64,000 nucleotides of DNA. Origin: Escherichia phage moskry. Location of the stretch: the sequence record MN850651.1. One strand, given 5' to 3'. A model generated the notes under the pieces. That model had not been told where the DNA came from. It saw nothing but the letters and a program-made list of their open reading frames with translations, and made no database searches. How positions within the stretch are numbered: the stretch's first letter is position 1; the number at the start of each line of letters is the position of its first letter. This document shows positions 47,843 through 58,319 of this stretch, one piece after another. The position numbers and the translations under genes were made by a program.

Positions 47843-48148
47843 TTAGCACAACGCAGAAGACGAAACCCAAGCACCTTCAGTAATAACGTAACCATTACCT
47901 TCACGCTTAACATCGCCACCATTATTTTCAATTTCATCTTTCATCCACTGGGATACGATTTCACCCTTAGGATAATAAGTACGACCGCTACCATAATCAC
48001 CTACAGAAAATGATACGGCATATTGGTCTGCGATCTTTGTTGCTTCTTCTTCGATACGTTCAGCTTGATTCAGAAGTTTATAAATTGCATCTGAAGCGGA
48101 TTTGGCATCATTAAACTCTGGTACTTTAATTTCAATAATCTTACTCAT
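47843..48148 (-). CDS. Small protein, C-terminal WVSSSxxC family member
   Basis: 101 aa ending GAWVSSSALC. Confidence 0.5.
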   Translation of the reverse strand: MSKIIEIKVPEFNDAKSASDAIYKLLNQAERIEEEATKIADQYAVSFSVGDYGSGRTYYPKGEIVSQWMKDEIENNGGDVKREGNGYVITEGAWVSSSALC

Positions 48149-48246
48149 TTTCTACATTCCTTAATAAAGTTTTCGATTGTTTCATTTTCACGTCTAGCTA
48201 GGAGTTCATTATAACTAATCATTTGAGAAGCGTAAACAGCATAAAT

Positions 48247-48669
48247 TCAGTTCAGGCTTTTGCATCTTATCTCCTTAACGAATTCCATGGCTTCGTCATA
48301 TTCATATTTTTTAACAGCCTCGTCATATTGAGCTCTTGCTTTTGCACATTGAATTTTCCATTCGCGTACTCGAGCTCTATAATGTCGTCCTTGGTACCAA
48401 TATCCCACCCAATTAATAGGCATTAATAAAAATGGCACAATAAACGACCCGGCTATAATAAGTAAAAACACTGCATCAGACGATATAACTTCACTAGAAT
48501 CTAAAACAGCTCCTATAATCATAAAGATTAAAAATGCTAAAGCTAAAATAGGGCCAAATAGTACTTCGTTTGGGATTAATTTACGTTTGTATTCGTATGC
48601 CCAGGGCTTAATTGGCATGTACAGGGTTGGCTTTGACATATTCTCTACATTCCATAATAAATTGCTCAA
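48247..48669 (-). CDS. Membrane protein
   Basis: 140 aa; two TM helices then basic C-terminus. Confidence 0.5.
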   Translation of the reverse strand: MSNLLWNVENMSKPTLYMPIKPWAYEYKRKLIPNEVLFGPILALAFLIFMIIGAVLDSSEVISSDAVFLLIIAGSFIVPFLLMPINWVGYWYQGRHYRARVREWKIQCAKARAQYDEAVKKYEYDEAMEFVKEIRCKSLN

Positions 48670-49210
48670 GGATTAAATTGTTAGTGAAATTAGGACTAAC
48701 AACCATAGTTTCATAAAGCGCATCAATAGCACTTAAAGCATCAACTCTCTTAAGCAAAGGCTTGCCTTCATACATAGTTTCAGAATCGACGATTAAAGTG
48801 AAGTAGTATTTTTTATTATTGACCAGAACTTCTGTATCAATATAAAACATGTTAGACCTTAAAAGCTTGTCTCTAAAACCATAATAATCTTTAGAGCATT
48901 CGCTGATATATTCCCATTCAGTGTTTAAACAACAAACAGACCATGTAGGAGCAACGAACTCAGTGAATCTAATATCATGGTCTGCAACTAGTTTAGCAAT
49001 AGCTCCGATATCATGAATCATAATACCTGGGGCTAATAAAGATTTTCTGCTATGGCTAGCCGTTTTCTCAGTAGTCTCATAAGAAGACGACCAGTACCAT
49101 TTACGTCCAGTTGCAACATATCGTAATGAATCAACTAAAGACGTAGGTGGATTTACCTTATCTCGGAACTCTTCGAACATTGAGTCAATATCATTATTTT
49201 GGTTTCGCAT
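48608..49210 (-). CDS. Hypothetical protein
   Basis: ORF track 48608..49231; probable start at internal Met. Confidence 0.5.
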   Translation of the reverse strand: MRNQNNDIDSMFEEFRDKVNPPTSLVDSLRYVATGRKWYWSSSYETTEKTASHSRKSLLAPGIMIHDIGAIAKLVADHDIRFTEFVAPTWSVCCLNTEWEYISECSKDYYGFRDKLLRSNMFYIDTEVLVNNKKYYFTLIVDSETMYEGKPLLKRVDALSAIDALYETMVVSPNFTNNLILEQFIMECREYVKANPVHAN

Positions 49211-49259
49211 GTTAACTCCTTTATTATCCAAAAGGAGGACCGGAGTCCTCCGTATTATT

Positions 49260-49868
49260 TTATTTCAAAGAGTTAATATATTCTTGTACATCTGCAGAAG
49301 TGGTTTCGACACCAGCTGGAGTGCCATTGAACGTTTCAACACGAGTCAGAGTGTCTTCGATATCAACCTTAGTCAGTGCAGCGATTTCAATTACATCATC
49401 AGCCGTAGAGATACCAAGGGCATTAGCTGCTCGAGTTTCACGAATGTATTCGAGTTTGATTGCCAGATTCTGACGAGCATCGTCAAGTTCAACCACCTTA
49501 CGAGCAATTTCAATTCGCATAGCGGCATACCCGTCAGCTTTTGTATTAAGTTGTTCGGCAGTTCGACGATACAGAAGACCAAGCTTAGCATGCATGGTAA
49601 CATCTTGTCCTTCGGCCAGGAGCTTACGAATTTCACGTTCCTTAGAAGCGGCTTGCTTGTTCTTTTCATTAACAAGTTCGCGAATACGTTTTTCTTCATT
49701 AATAGATTTAACAGAAGCCGTTTTTAGTTCTTTGATTTGGGTAATCAACTTATCTGCAGCTGCGTTATACTGTTCTTCGACAGTCAGATTTTTAGCCATA
49801 GCAGTACCCAGTTTAGTGCGGATGAATTCAACAAGTTTCTTCAGTGTGTTCATATTATTACCTTTCAA
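49260..49868 (-). CDS. Coiled-coil protein
   Basis: 202 aa, heptad-rich. Confidence 0.5.
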   Translation of the reverse strand: MKGNNMNTLKKLVEFIRTKLGTAMAKNLTVEEQYNAAADKLITQIKELKTASVKSINEEKRIRELVNEKNKQAASKEREIRKLLAEGQDVTMHAKLGLLYRRTAEQLNTKADGYAAMRIEIARKVVELDDARQNLAIKLEYIRETRAANALGISTADDVIEIAALTKVDIEDTLTRVETFNGTPAGVETTSADVQEYINSLK

Positions 49869-49923
49869 TTGGTGGTTTATTATCCAACGAGAGCATTATA
49901 CTCTGCTCTCAAGAGTTTGTAAA

Positions 49924-50151
49924 TTATTTTTTAATCAAATTGACATAAAACTTGGCGTCTTCGGGGTGCATGCCTTCGCAGTATTCTTCAACCATGAACT
50001 TCTTAACAGCTTCATAAGGACCACTCAGATTAAGCTCGGTTGTCCAGAACTTGGAATCTTGTACTGAATCGATACGAACTTCAGGGTGACGGTTGCGAAT
50101 AACTTCTTCTGTGTATTCATAATCAACGACATCAATACTAACTTTAGCCAT
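49924..50151 (-). CDS. Hypothetical protein
   Basis: 75 aa. Confidence 0.45.
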   Translation of the reverse strand: MAKVSIDVVDYEYTEEVIRNRHPEVRIDSVQDSKFWTTELNLSGPYEAVKKFMVEEYCEGMHPEDAKFYVNLIKK

Positions 50152-50430
50152 TTTGTTTTCCTCTTGATTTGATAGGACTACTATAACATAAACTTACTTA
50201 GATGTAAATTATTTCAACGTCACCTTTAGCTGCTTTATAACCTTCAGCCCAAGATACAACAGAGTTTTTATCTGAGGATTCAAATTCAGGCATTGGACTT
50301 TCACCAATATTCACACAGTATGTTTCTTCATTTTCATCGAACCAAATAATTAAAGTAGTCATTTTGTTTACTCCTCTGTAGTTGTTAAGTCTATAGTATC
50401 ACCATCCTTGGTGATTGTACATCATTATTT

Positions 50431-50736
50431 TTAATTTTTCCAACTTAACAACTTGTAGTGTCCTTCATTCATACGTGGTTTATCCCAAGAAATACTAATA
50501 TATGATTCACTGTCAATAGAAATCGCCGGGTTTTTCTCTACCGTAAGACCTTCACTTTCCAGCCATTCAATAGTATTTGCGCATAAATCAGAAGAACACC
50601 TCATCGGGAACCGGCAAGATTTTTCACCTTTAGCTGCAGTGTTATACATCTTTTCTAAAATACGCTTTTGCACGTTTTTAAAAATAGTTTCAGCAGATTC
50701 TTCAGATTTTTTATTCAGTTCAGTGTAAAGACTCAT
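50431..50736 (-). CDS. Hypothetical protein
   Basis: 101 aa. Confidence 0.45.
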   Translation of the reverse strand: MSLYTELNKKSEESAETIFKNVQKRILEKMYNTAAKGEKSCRFPMRCSSDLCANTIEWLESEGLTVEKNPAISIDSESYISISWDKPRMNEGHYKLLSWKN

Positions 50737-50825
50737 AATATTCTCCTCATGTTTTGATGGGTCTATAGTAACACATCTAGGGAAGAAGTAAACAACTTTT
50801 TCAGTAAGTTATAGACCCCCTAATG

Positions 50826-50841
50826 GGGACCGAAGTCCCCA
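50826..50841 (-). other. UUCG-tetraloop hairpin after internal-protein gene
   Basis: Plus ggggac-cgaa-gtcccc. Confidence 0.5.
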
Positions 50842-50845
50842 TTCT

Positions 50846-51478
50846 TTACTTACGAGTTTTTGCATACTGAGCAGCGTCAGCAGCCAAACGACCTGCCTGA
50901 CGAAGTTTTTCTTTAATCTCATCATGAAGTGGTTGAGTATACTTCAAACCTTCGATAGTCAAATAAAGACGATAAAGGTCTGGGGTATCAAGGTTGTTGA
51001 TATGTTGGCCATTACGAAGACTATTGAATTCACGAACGAGTGAAGATGTATCGGATTCAATATCACGAACAAGCGAAGATAGTTGTTTATATTTTTTTTC
51101 CAGGCTAGAAGTATCAAACTTAAGAGCAGGAGCTTTAGGAGTTGCTTTTACTTCAGGCTTAGGCTTAGGTTCAGGTTTTGCTATTGCTTTAGGGGTCGCA
51201 GGTTTAGGAATGGTAGGAGCAGGTTTTACTTTAGGCGAACCCGATTTAGCAGAAACACCACCACTAACAATATCTTTGAATGCTTTAGAAGCTCTGTAAT
51301 ATTCTTTTTGGCTGGAAGTGTCGATACCGTACATGGCTTGAACGTTTTTGAAAAACTCTGTACTAGTTTTTGTACCAGAAATAGCATCGTAAGCAGCTTG
51401 CCATTTCTCTTTTGTCATACGTACGCCGGCTTCGGTGATTACTTCCGTTTCGGCTAAAAATTCATTAAAAGTATACAT
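50846..51478 (-). CDS. Internal-protein-like head protein with Pro/Lys-rich linker
   Basis: 210 aa; N-terminus MYTFNEFLAE (targeting-sequence-like); PKVKPAPTIPKPATPKAIAKPEPKPKPEVKATPKAP; TATAAATA late promoter motif at 51512-51519. Confidence 0.6.
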   Translation of the reverse strand: MYTFNEFLAETEVITEAGVRMTKEKWQAAYDAISGTKTSTEFFKNVQAMYGIDTSSQKEYYRASKAFKDIVSGGVSAKSGSPKVKPAPTIPKPATPKAIAKPEPKPKPEVKATPKAPALKFDTSSLEKKYKQLSSLVRDIESDTSSLVREFNSLRNGQHINNLDTPDLYRLYLTIEGLKYTQPLHDEIKEKLRQAGRLAADAAQYAKTRK

Positions 51479-51522
51479 TGATGGTCCTTAGAAAGTGGGT
51501 TTATTGTTTACTATATTTATAC

Positions 51523-51550
51523 AAAAAAGCCCCAACCTTTCGGAAGGGGC
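51523..51550 (-). terminator. Rho-independent terminator
   Basis: Minus strand GCCCCUUCCGAAAGGUUGGGGC followed by UUUUUUG. Confidence 0.65.
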
Positions 51551-51853
51551 TATATACCTTGTCGGGGTTCCACCTGCTAAGGCAAGTGTTTGTACGAAAC
51601 GCCGGGATTCGAACCCGGTTATTAAGTAGTTGACGCTACTCAATATTTTTAAAAGGCCATATCTCGACCATATCCGAACGTTCCGTCAAAAACGCTACTC
51701 GGCTTACGGCAAAGATATTTCCTCGAATCGATAATTCGGTGCGCCGTTTCTGCTGTGATGTAAGGGGATATTAACAAATCGTAAAGATTTATTAAGACCA
51801 GTCCTTACTCAGGGAACATCAGTCCGACGACTTACCGGTAGCGACCCGGCTTC

Positions 51854-52198
51854 TTATTTTGACATATCATCAATTTGCTCTCGACGCCGACGCCATAGAT
51901 TAATCGCTTCATTAACACATTCGGCGTTTGGTATATGACGGCAATAATATAATGATTCGCGTTTCTGGAACCGATGTTGCAATGGGATTTCGTTTAAAAG
52001 GTCTTTACGGTCAAAGTATTCAAAACTAGTTAACCCAGAACGGTTTTTAAGGAACTTCCAATGACCGAATTCATTTTGAACATAGATGTAATCTGCATGT
52101 TGGTATAACAAATTAATCAATCGGTCTGAAATAACTGTATCATGTTCGTTAAAATAAAACGTTAAATCATGAACTACTAAGTAAACATTACCTTTCAT
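51854..52198 (-). CDS. Hypothetical protein adjacent to tRNA genes
   Basis: MKGNVYLVVHDLTFYFNEHD...; ORF track start at 52246 would overlap tRNA-Arg, so internal Met preferred. Confidence 0.45.
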   Translation of the reverse strand: MKGNVYLVVHDLTFYFNEHDTVISDRLINLLYQHADYIYVQNEFGHWKFLKNRSGLTSFEYFDRKDLLNEIPLQHRFQKRESLYYCRHIPNAECVNEAINLWRRRREQIDDMSK

Positions 52199-52219
52199 AT
52201 TTTCCTCACTTGAAGTTGG

Positions 52220-52293
<74 letters not shown>

Positions 52294-52299
52294 AATATA

Positions 52300-52373
52300 T
52301 GACCCAGACCAGATTCGAACTGGTAACCTTTCCCTTATGAGGGGACTGCTGCTAACCATTGAGCTACAGGGCC
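52300..52373 (-). tRNA. tRNA-like gene, anticodon CAU (Met or lysidine-Ile type), irregular D-arm
   Basis: T-arm ACCAG-TTCGAAT-CTGGT, anticodon loop CTCATAA, acceptor GGCCCTG/CTGGGTC with one U-U mismatch; D-stem does not pair canonically. Confidence 0.5.
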
Positions 52374-52452
52374 TAAATAACTTTCTATTATGAAAGGCAC
52401 TTTAGAGCACCTTTGGTAATAGAGGGTATGAATTAATAATAACACATAATTC

Positions 52453-52968
52453 TTAAAGCAAATCAATCATTTTAACAGTCGGCAAAACGATTTCTTCTTC
52501 AATATAAGCAAATTCAACACATTCAACTACACGCAAGAAATCATAATCATAATATTCAGAAGCATTGCCAAGAATATCAGTGAGACCTTCTGATACCAAA
52601 TATCCATTCTCACGGAACAGGTCAAATACACGTGATTCGTCTTCTTCAGATTTATTACCGAGGTCGACTTCAATATCAAAGACCTTTTTAATGAATTCTG
52701 GATAAAGATGGTCTGAGAACAGTCCTTCAACCAAGTATTCATAGATTAAAAGCGAGCAATCACTGAATAGTGTATTACCACAGTAACGTTCAGCTTTAGT
52801 ACTAGAATGACGACTCTTAAATTTCTTCAAGAGATATTTAAACTGTTGGAGCTCATGCTCTTCTACACCAAATAATGTTTTGGTTTTATAGTTGTCACCG
52901 TCATTTTCCGAAGTAGTGACATCAATTACGTAACCCTTAGGAATTGTACTGCCTAAACAAATATTCAT
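52453..52968 (-). CDS. Hypothetical acidic protein
   Basis: 171 aa. Confidence 0.5.
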   Translation of the reverse strand: MNICLGSTIPKGYVIDVTTSENDGDNYKTKTLFGVEEHELQQFKYLLKKFKSRHSSTKAERYCGNTLFSDCSLLIYEYLVEGLFSDHLYPEFIKKVFDIEVDLGNKSEEDESRVFDLFRENGYLVSEGLTDILGNASEYYDYDFLRVVECVEFAYIEEEIVLPTVKMIDLL

Positions 52969-52972
52969 TTAC

Positions 52973-53263
52973 TCACCGTACCATATTAATGTAATTATAT
53001 TCAATGCAACGTAATTTCAAAGGATTCTTGAAAATATCATATTCAAGAGGGCCTTTTTCTGTTTCAATAAAGAAATCAAAGTTCACACTATTAAATTTGC
53101 GGTCTTCCCAAAGTAATTTAACCTGTGAAGATGAACGGTCGACGTAAACCTTTTCAACTTCAAAGTGGGTCAAAATACCATAGTAATCGACTAGTGCTTT
53201 AGCTGCAGCTCGGTCGCTTTCATATCCATTCTCAACGGATTTTACCTTAGCATAAAGAATCAT
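52973..53263 (-). CDS. Hypothetical protein
   Basis: 96 aa. Confidence 0.45.
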   Translation of the reverse strand: MILYAKVKSVENGYESDRAAAKALVDYYGILTHFEVEKVYVDRSSSQVKLLWEDRKFNSVNFDFFIETEKGPLEYDIFKNPLKLRCIEYNYINMVR

Positions 53264-53622
53264 GAATGTTCCACCATTTCAAAGGTATGAGCATCAACAA
53301 TATGATACCAGTCAAAATTTTCTTCTGCGTTTTTATAAATTTCGCGAAGAGCCTCAACAGTTTTTCCTGTAGCAACAAGATCATCAATACCGCCAAGAGG
53401 ATAACAGTCGTAACCAGCAAACAGAAGGAAATTAATAGTTTCTGTAGGTTCTGGATGCAGAATACCGTTATCATCTACCACTTCAAAGAAAGTGTAAGAA
53501 GGAGTACAAGTTTTAATCCAAGCCCAGGCTTGAGCTGCTGAATCAAATGGCCTGCGTATCAAACGACAATCAGGGTCTTTAGAAGGATTTGCTTCAAAAT
53601 CTGCATATACATGATATTTCAT
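53260..53622 (-). CDS. Hypothetical protein
   Basis: 120 aa. Confidence 0.5.
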   Translation of the reverse strand: MKYHVYADFEANPSKDPDCRLIRRPFDSAAQAWAWIKTCTPSYTFFEVVDDNGILHPEPTETINFLLFAGYDCYPLGGIDDLVATGKTVEALREIYKNAEENFDWYHIVDAHTFEMVEHS

Positions 53623-53829
53623 TTACTCACCTTTTGCAATTTTATCCATAACGATAGCGATTAAGCCGATTAGAAATGCTACTACCAATGAGATAGAATT
53701 TTCTGTTGTTGTCAGTAGTCCACAAATGAATCCTACAAACATCGAAAAACTAAAAGCCATTGAAGCAATTACTACAGCAACATTACGAATCAGTTCAGCG
53801 CGTTTCATTTTATTTCTCCATTTACTCAT
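53623..53829 (-). CDS. Small membrane protein
   Basis: 68 aa, two hydrophobic helices. Confidence 0.45.
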   Translation of the reverse strand: MSKWRNKMKRAELIRNVAVVIASMAFSFSMFVGFICGLLTTTENSISLVVAFLIGLIAIVMDKIAKGE

Positions 53830-53878
53830 TTGTTTTGATAGGACTACTATAACATAGTCCTATCAGCATGTAAACTAC

Positions 53879-54166
53879 TTACAGAAGAGTTTTTGCAATA
53901 ATTTTAAGCTGAGCTACAGAAATATGCTTAGCTTTAAACAGTGCAGTCTCTTCAGCCGGAGAGATAACAATAGTAGCGCCATCTTTCTTAGCAGACCATC
54001 CATCCCCTAAGTAAACAGTACCTTTTACTTCTTCGCCGTCAACCAGGCCAATCATTGGTTTACCCTCACGTCCTTTATTTGCTTTAATAACTTCGGAAGT
54101 AAGGGTTGCTTCGGTTAGAGTAGAAACATTAGCATCAGGTGATATAAATTCTTTATAGGTTTTCAT
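53879..54166 (-). CDS. Internal protein with capsid-targeting-like N-terminus
   Basis: 95 aa; MKTYKEFISP... Confidence 0.6.
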   Translation of the reverse strand: MKTYKEFISPDANVSTLTEATLTSEVIKANKGREGKPMIGLVDGEEVKGTVYLGDGWSAKKDGATIVISPAEETALFKAKHISVAQLKIIAKTLL

Positions 54167-54243
54167 TTTATTTCCTTGAGGTCGTTTATTTGATAGGATG
54201 ATAGTAACACACCATCATCCTTATGTAAACTGTTTTGTGAAAA

Positions 54244-54929
<686 letters not shown>

Positions 54930-54933
54930 TTTA

Positions 54934-55668
54934 TTACCTTAAGATTGTTTCAATTTTAGAATAAAGCTCTTCTAAAGAGCCGTCGTTTGTAATAACTAAA
55001 TCGCCTTCTTCAATAGGCAACCCAGCTTCTGTAATATGTTTATCGGTGGATTCCGTACCAGAGCGAACCACATGAATAACTGTAGCACCCATCGCTCTAG
55101 CGGTTTCCATTTCATGGACTTGACGTGTATCGGTTACGACATAGTAATCGAAATCACTTCCAATATAATCCATATAGTTTAATGCAAAAAGCTTAACCCA
55201 ATACATACGGTCAAATAAATTAACGACAACATCCGTACCGAGGGCTTGCATAAGACGGCGGATTGACCATGTGTCGTTGATATTATTTATAGCTTCACGC
55301 AGGGCTTCATATGGTTTAATATCTAGATACGAATATCCACCTTCTAACGATGATAATACTTTAACATTATTAATCGGTAAATATTGACTTTGTAAATAAA
55401 TTAGCGCTTCTTCCATTAATTCAATAACATCCAACTTATTGATATTTAATGGCGTTTCACGGTCGTATCCAACACCTTCAAAGTATTCATATTTCAACTC
55501 AGTGAATACATCAGGGTTTTCAGCATGTTTACGTCCCCAGGCTATTGCTAGAGCGTCTTTAATCGGATAGGCCAATTGGTATTTTACGGATTTAAAGTTT
55601 GAATTGATGTAATCAGCAGTGGTGTCTTTACCACTACGTTTGATGCCGCTTAAAAAGATTAGCTCCAT
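54934..55668 (-). CDS. 1: Deoxynucleoside monophosphate kinase gp1
   Basis: 244 aa; MELIFLSGIKRSGKDTTADY...WSIRRLMQALGTD...ITNDGSLEEL matches T4 gp1. Confidence 0.95.
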   Translation of the reverse strand: MELIFLSGIKRSGKDTTADYINSNFKSVKYQLAYPIKDALAIAWGRKHAENPDVFTELKYEYFEGVGYDRETPLNINKLDVIELMEEALIYLQSQYLPINNVKVLSSLEGGYSYLDIKPYEALREAINNINDTWSIRRLMQALGTDVVVNLFDRMYWVKLFALNYMDYIGSDFDYYVVTDTRQVHEMETARAMGATVIHVVRSGTESTDKHITEAGLPIEEGDLVITNDGSLEELYSKIETILR

Positions 55669-55721
55669 AGGTTTTCCTCATATAATTTATGAGTGATTAT
55701 AACATACGGAGCTAGAAGCGA

Positions 55722-56312
55722 TTAACGCAAGGAAGGGTGTCTAGAAATGGATTTAGATTCGGCTGCCTGACGTGGTTGTTGAGATACAATGACTTCGCCA
55801 TCCTTTTCTATCGTCATATACGCGTAGTGAATAGTTGCTACGCACGTAACGGCAGGGTCAGAGTCTTCAGTGTAACTAAATTCAATTTCACTCAAATCAG
55901 AAATCCATGGTTTATAGAAATTTGCCGTCAAAACGACTTCTGTCTTATTGTTGTTTAAAATGTGCAAAGTAACAAACTCAGGACCATCGGAGTGGGCCGT
56001 ATTGTGTCCGGTTATATAGTTATTAGTGCTGAGCATCCATTTATACATGTTCATCCAGGACATCATGTCTTCATCAACTATAAATCGTACAATAAAAGGG
56101 TCATATTCAAATGTGGTGCCTGCACGCATTGCACGTCCTAACCCCATTGTGCCTGTCACAGTTTCAACAACAGGAATTCTCACACCTGGCAATGGAGCCG
56201 TTTGGGCATTGAGCACAAAACCTGAAGTTCGTGTACTATCCGGGATATCCACAACAAAGTTTGTTATATTTGTTTGGTTAAAAATCTGTCTCGCTGGACG
56301 AGTCATAAGCAC
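55722..56312 (-). CDS. 3: Tail completion / sheath stabilizer gp3
   Basis: 196 aa in T4 gene order between 1 and 2; N-terminal start uncertain. Confidence 0.65.
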   Translation of the reverse strand: MLMTRPARQIFNQTNITNFVVDIPDSTRTSGFVLNAQTAPLPGVRIPVVETVTGTMGLGRAMRAGTTFEYDPFIVRFIVDEDMMSWMNMYKWMLSTNNYITGHNTAHSDGPEFVTLHILNNNKTEVVLTANFYKPWISDLSEIEFSYTEDSDPAVTCVATIHYAYMTIEKDGEVIVSQQPRQAAESKSISRHPSLR

Positions 56313-56408
56313 CTCAAAAACGCTTTAATAAAAATACAGTATAATGGTTTTAGGTCTCTTCCATTAATCTGGTTCAACAGAATATCAGAAGAACGGAAGA
56401 GAATAGAA

Positions 56409-57230
56409 TTAAGATTTCCAAACAGTATTCGCAGAGAAACGTTTTCCTTTTGACATAAACTGCTGAGTAGGTAACATGATTATGTTAGCCCAGTCTTTAG
56501 GAGCTATTTCTGTTATTGTTCCTCTAATGTGGCCTGGCAGGTATGCTTTAATCATTTTGTCAGCACCTTGAAATCCTTTCACCTTGCTCCAGTCTATCTT
56601 CAACTTTGTGTTATTAGTAATAGTAGTTGTGCTAGCATATTGCTTCAGCAATTCTTCAAGAAACTGTTGACGTGCTTTAGGTGGGATATAGTGCAAGTTT
56701 AACCCGTACATCAAATTATGTTTACCTAATCCCAAATAAATAATTAAAGGATATCGGTCCCAATACGGCAGAGTATCTTTATGTTTAGCATCATACACGT
56801 AAGTATAAATTTTGCCTGGCGTAGGCTTGACTACTTTATGACCTTTTACACTTTTCTTAATTGTTTCAACAAACCACTTAGATGATTTGTTGTTTACTGC
56901 TGCGCCTTCATTTCTAATCTTTTCTCGTATTGAACTGCGAAACGAGTTTATCATCAGAAGTTGACGTTCTTGCTTATTGAGTTTATTTTTAGGTTTAGAT
57001 TCAAGCGTTTCAATTTTCTGTGCAGTCTTAATAGATGATGCATATCTAGACATTGCAGATGTAAACGACGAGTATTTTATTCCTTTTGATTCTGCAAATG
57101 CTTTTGCAGTGATTCCTTTCTCTTTAGCTTTCTTGTATTCTAATCCTATCTCAATCCATTTTCTTTCATTCATAGACTGAGCAATCTTAGGGGCTTGTAC
57201 GCCTTCAGATATAATTTGGAATATGCTCAT
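56409..57230 (-). CDS. 2: DNA end-protector protein gp2
   Basis: 273 aa (T4 gp2 is about this size), gene order 3-2-4. Confidence 0.7.
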   Translation of the reverse strand: MSIFQIISEGVQAPKIAQSMNERKWIEIGLEYKKAKEKGITAKAFAESKGIKYSSFTSAMSRYASSIKTAQKIETLESKPKNKLNKQERQLLMINSFRSSIREKIRNEGAAVNNKSSKWFVETIKKSVKGHKVVKPTPGKIYTYVYDAKHKDTLPYWDRYPLIIYLGLGKHNLMYGLNLHYIPPKARQQFLEELLKQYASTTTITNNTKLKIDWSKVKGFQGADKMIKAYLPGHIRGTITEIAPKDWANIIMLPTQQFMSKGKRFSANTVWKS

Positions 57231-57232
57231 AA

Positions 57233-57682
57233 TTACCCCTTGTATCCGAGTTTTCTAAGTCCGTCTTCGGTTAGAACTCGAAATTTTATATTTCTCTTTT
57301 CAGCAACAGCCGAGGCAGCTTTCCATTTGTCACAGTTCACAGACCAGGTATATATTTCATTCATATAACGTTTCTTTGCTGCAGTCGTAAGATTTGCAGG
57401 CTTAATAGGTGGTTGAGTTTCTTTCTTTGGTTTTATTTCTACAAAGAACTCTTGACCTGATGCATCTTTCATCCATATGTCCATATAGTATCGACGTTTC
57501 TTACCTTCAGCATTACAAAAATATGGAATTACTGCCGTTTCACTACCCCATGCAATAATTTCTGGATTTTTATCCAACCATTCGAAAAAGAATTTTTCCC
57601 AGTTTGAACGATACGTTATTTTGGTATGGTCTCCACGGTATTTTTTTAAATTTTTTGGGACCCATTTACCAGAGTAGGCCAT
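57233..57682 (-). CDS. 4: Head completion protein gp4
   Basis: 149 aa from ATG 57682 with SD GGAGG; [18 protein letters not shown]...[31 protein letters not shown] matches T4 gp4. Confidence 0.9.
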   Translation of the reverse strand: MAYSGKWVPKNLKKYRGDHTKITYRSNWEKFFFEWLDKNPEIIAWGSETAVIPYFCNAEGKKRRYYMDIWMKDASGQEFFVEIKPKKETQPPIKPANLTTAAKKRYMNEIYTWSVNCDKWKAASAVAEKRNIKFRVLTEDGLRKLGYKG

Positions 57683-57694
57683 GTTGTCCTCCTT

Positions 57695-57717
57695 ATAAAT
57701 AGTATTATTATTTATAC
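57695..57717. promoter_or_regulatory. Divergent late promoters (TATAAATA) for gene 4 (minus) and gene 53 (plus)
   Basis: Plus TATAAATA at 57695-57702; minus-strand TATAAATA encoded at 57710-57717. Confidence 0.6.
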
Positions 57718-57743
57718 CAATTTCATATTGGAAGGAGACTATC

Positions 57744-58319
57744 TTGTTATTTACATTCTTCGACCCAATAGGATATAGTGCTAAAACAGTTAATAAGAAC
57801 GCACCTACTATTCCTATGACAGACATATTTCGTAACTATAAAGAGTACTTTAAGCGTGTTGCTGCCAATTATAGATTACGTTCTTATTATATTAAAGGCT
57901 CTCCGCGTCCTGAAGAACTAGCAAACATAATTTATGGAAACCCTCAATTATACTGGGTTCTTTTGATGTGTAACGATAACTACGACCCGTATTATGGTTG
58001 GATTACATCTCAGGAAGCAGCGTATCAAGCTTCTATTCAGAAATATGCAAATGCTGGTGGAGACCAAATTCTTTACCATATTAATGAGAACCGTGAGAAA
58101 TTTTACAATTTGGTTTCATATCCAGACGAGCCTTTAGTGTGGTACGATAAAGGTGATGAAGCTCGTAAGTATCCGCAATATAAAGGACCTTTAGCTGCAG
58201 TAGATACTTATGAAGCTGCAGTATTAGATAATGAAAAACTTCGTAAAATAAAAATTGTTGCAAAAGAAGATATAAACTCGTTTATCACAGATTTGATTCG
58301 TGAGATGGAGATTGCATAA
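57744..58319 (+). CDS. 53: Baseplate wedge protein gp53
   Basis: 191 aa; LFTFFDP...PRPEELANIIYGNPQLYWVLLMCNDNYDPYYGWITSQEAAYQ matches T4 gp53; apparent TTG start after GGAGG. Confidence 0.88.
   Translation: MLFTFFDPIGYSAKTVNKNAPTIPMTDIFRNYKEYFKRVAANYRLRSYYIKGSPRPEELANIIYGNPQLYWVLLMCNDNYDPYYGWITSQEAAYQASIQKYANAGGDQILYHINENREKFYNLVSYPDEPLVWYDKGDEARKYPQYKGPLAAVDTYEAAVLDNEKLRKIKIVAKEDINSFITDLIREMEIA

Noticed and set aside
49209-50067. Plus-strand ORFs of 172 and 157 aa
   Set aside because: Antisense to well-supported minus-strand ORFs; no promoter or ribosome-binding context
51083-51457. Plus-strand 124-aa Arg/Phe-rich ORF
   Set aside because: Antisense of the Pro/Lys-rich linker of the internal-protein-like gene; repeat-driven artefact
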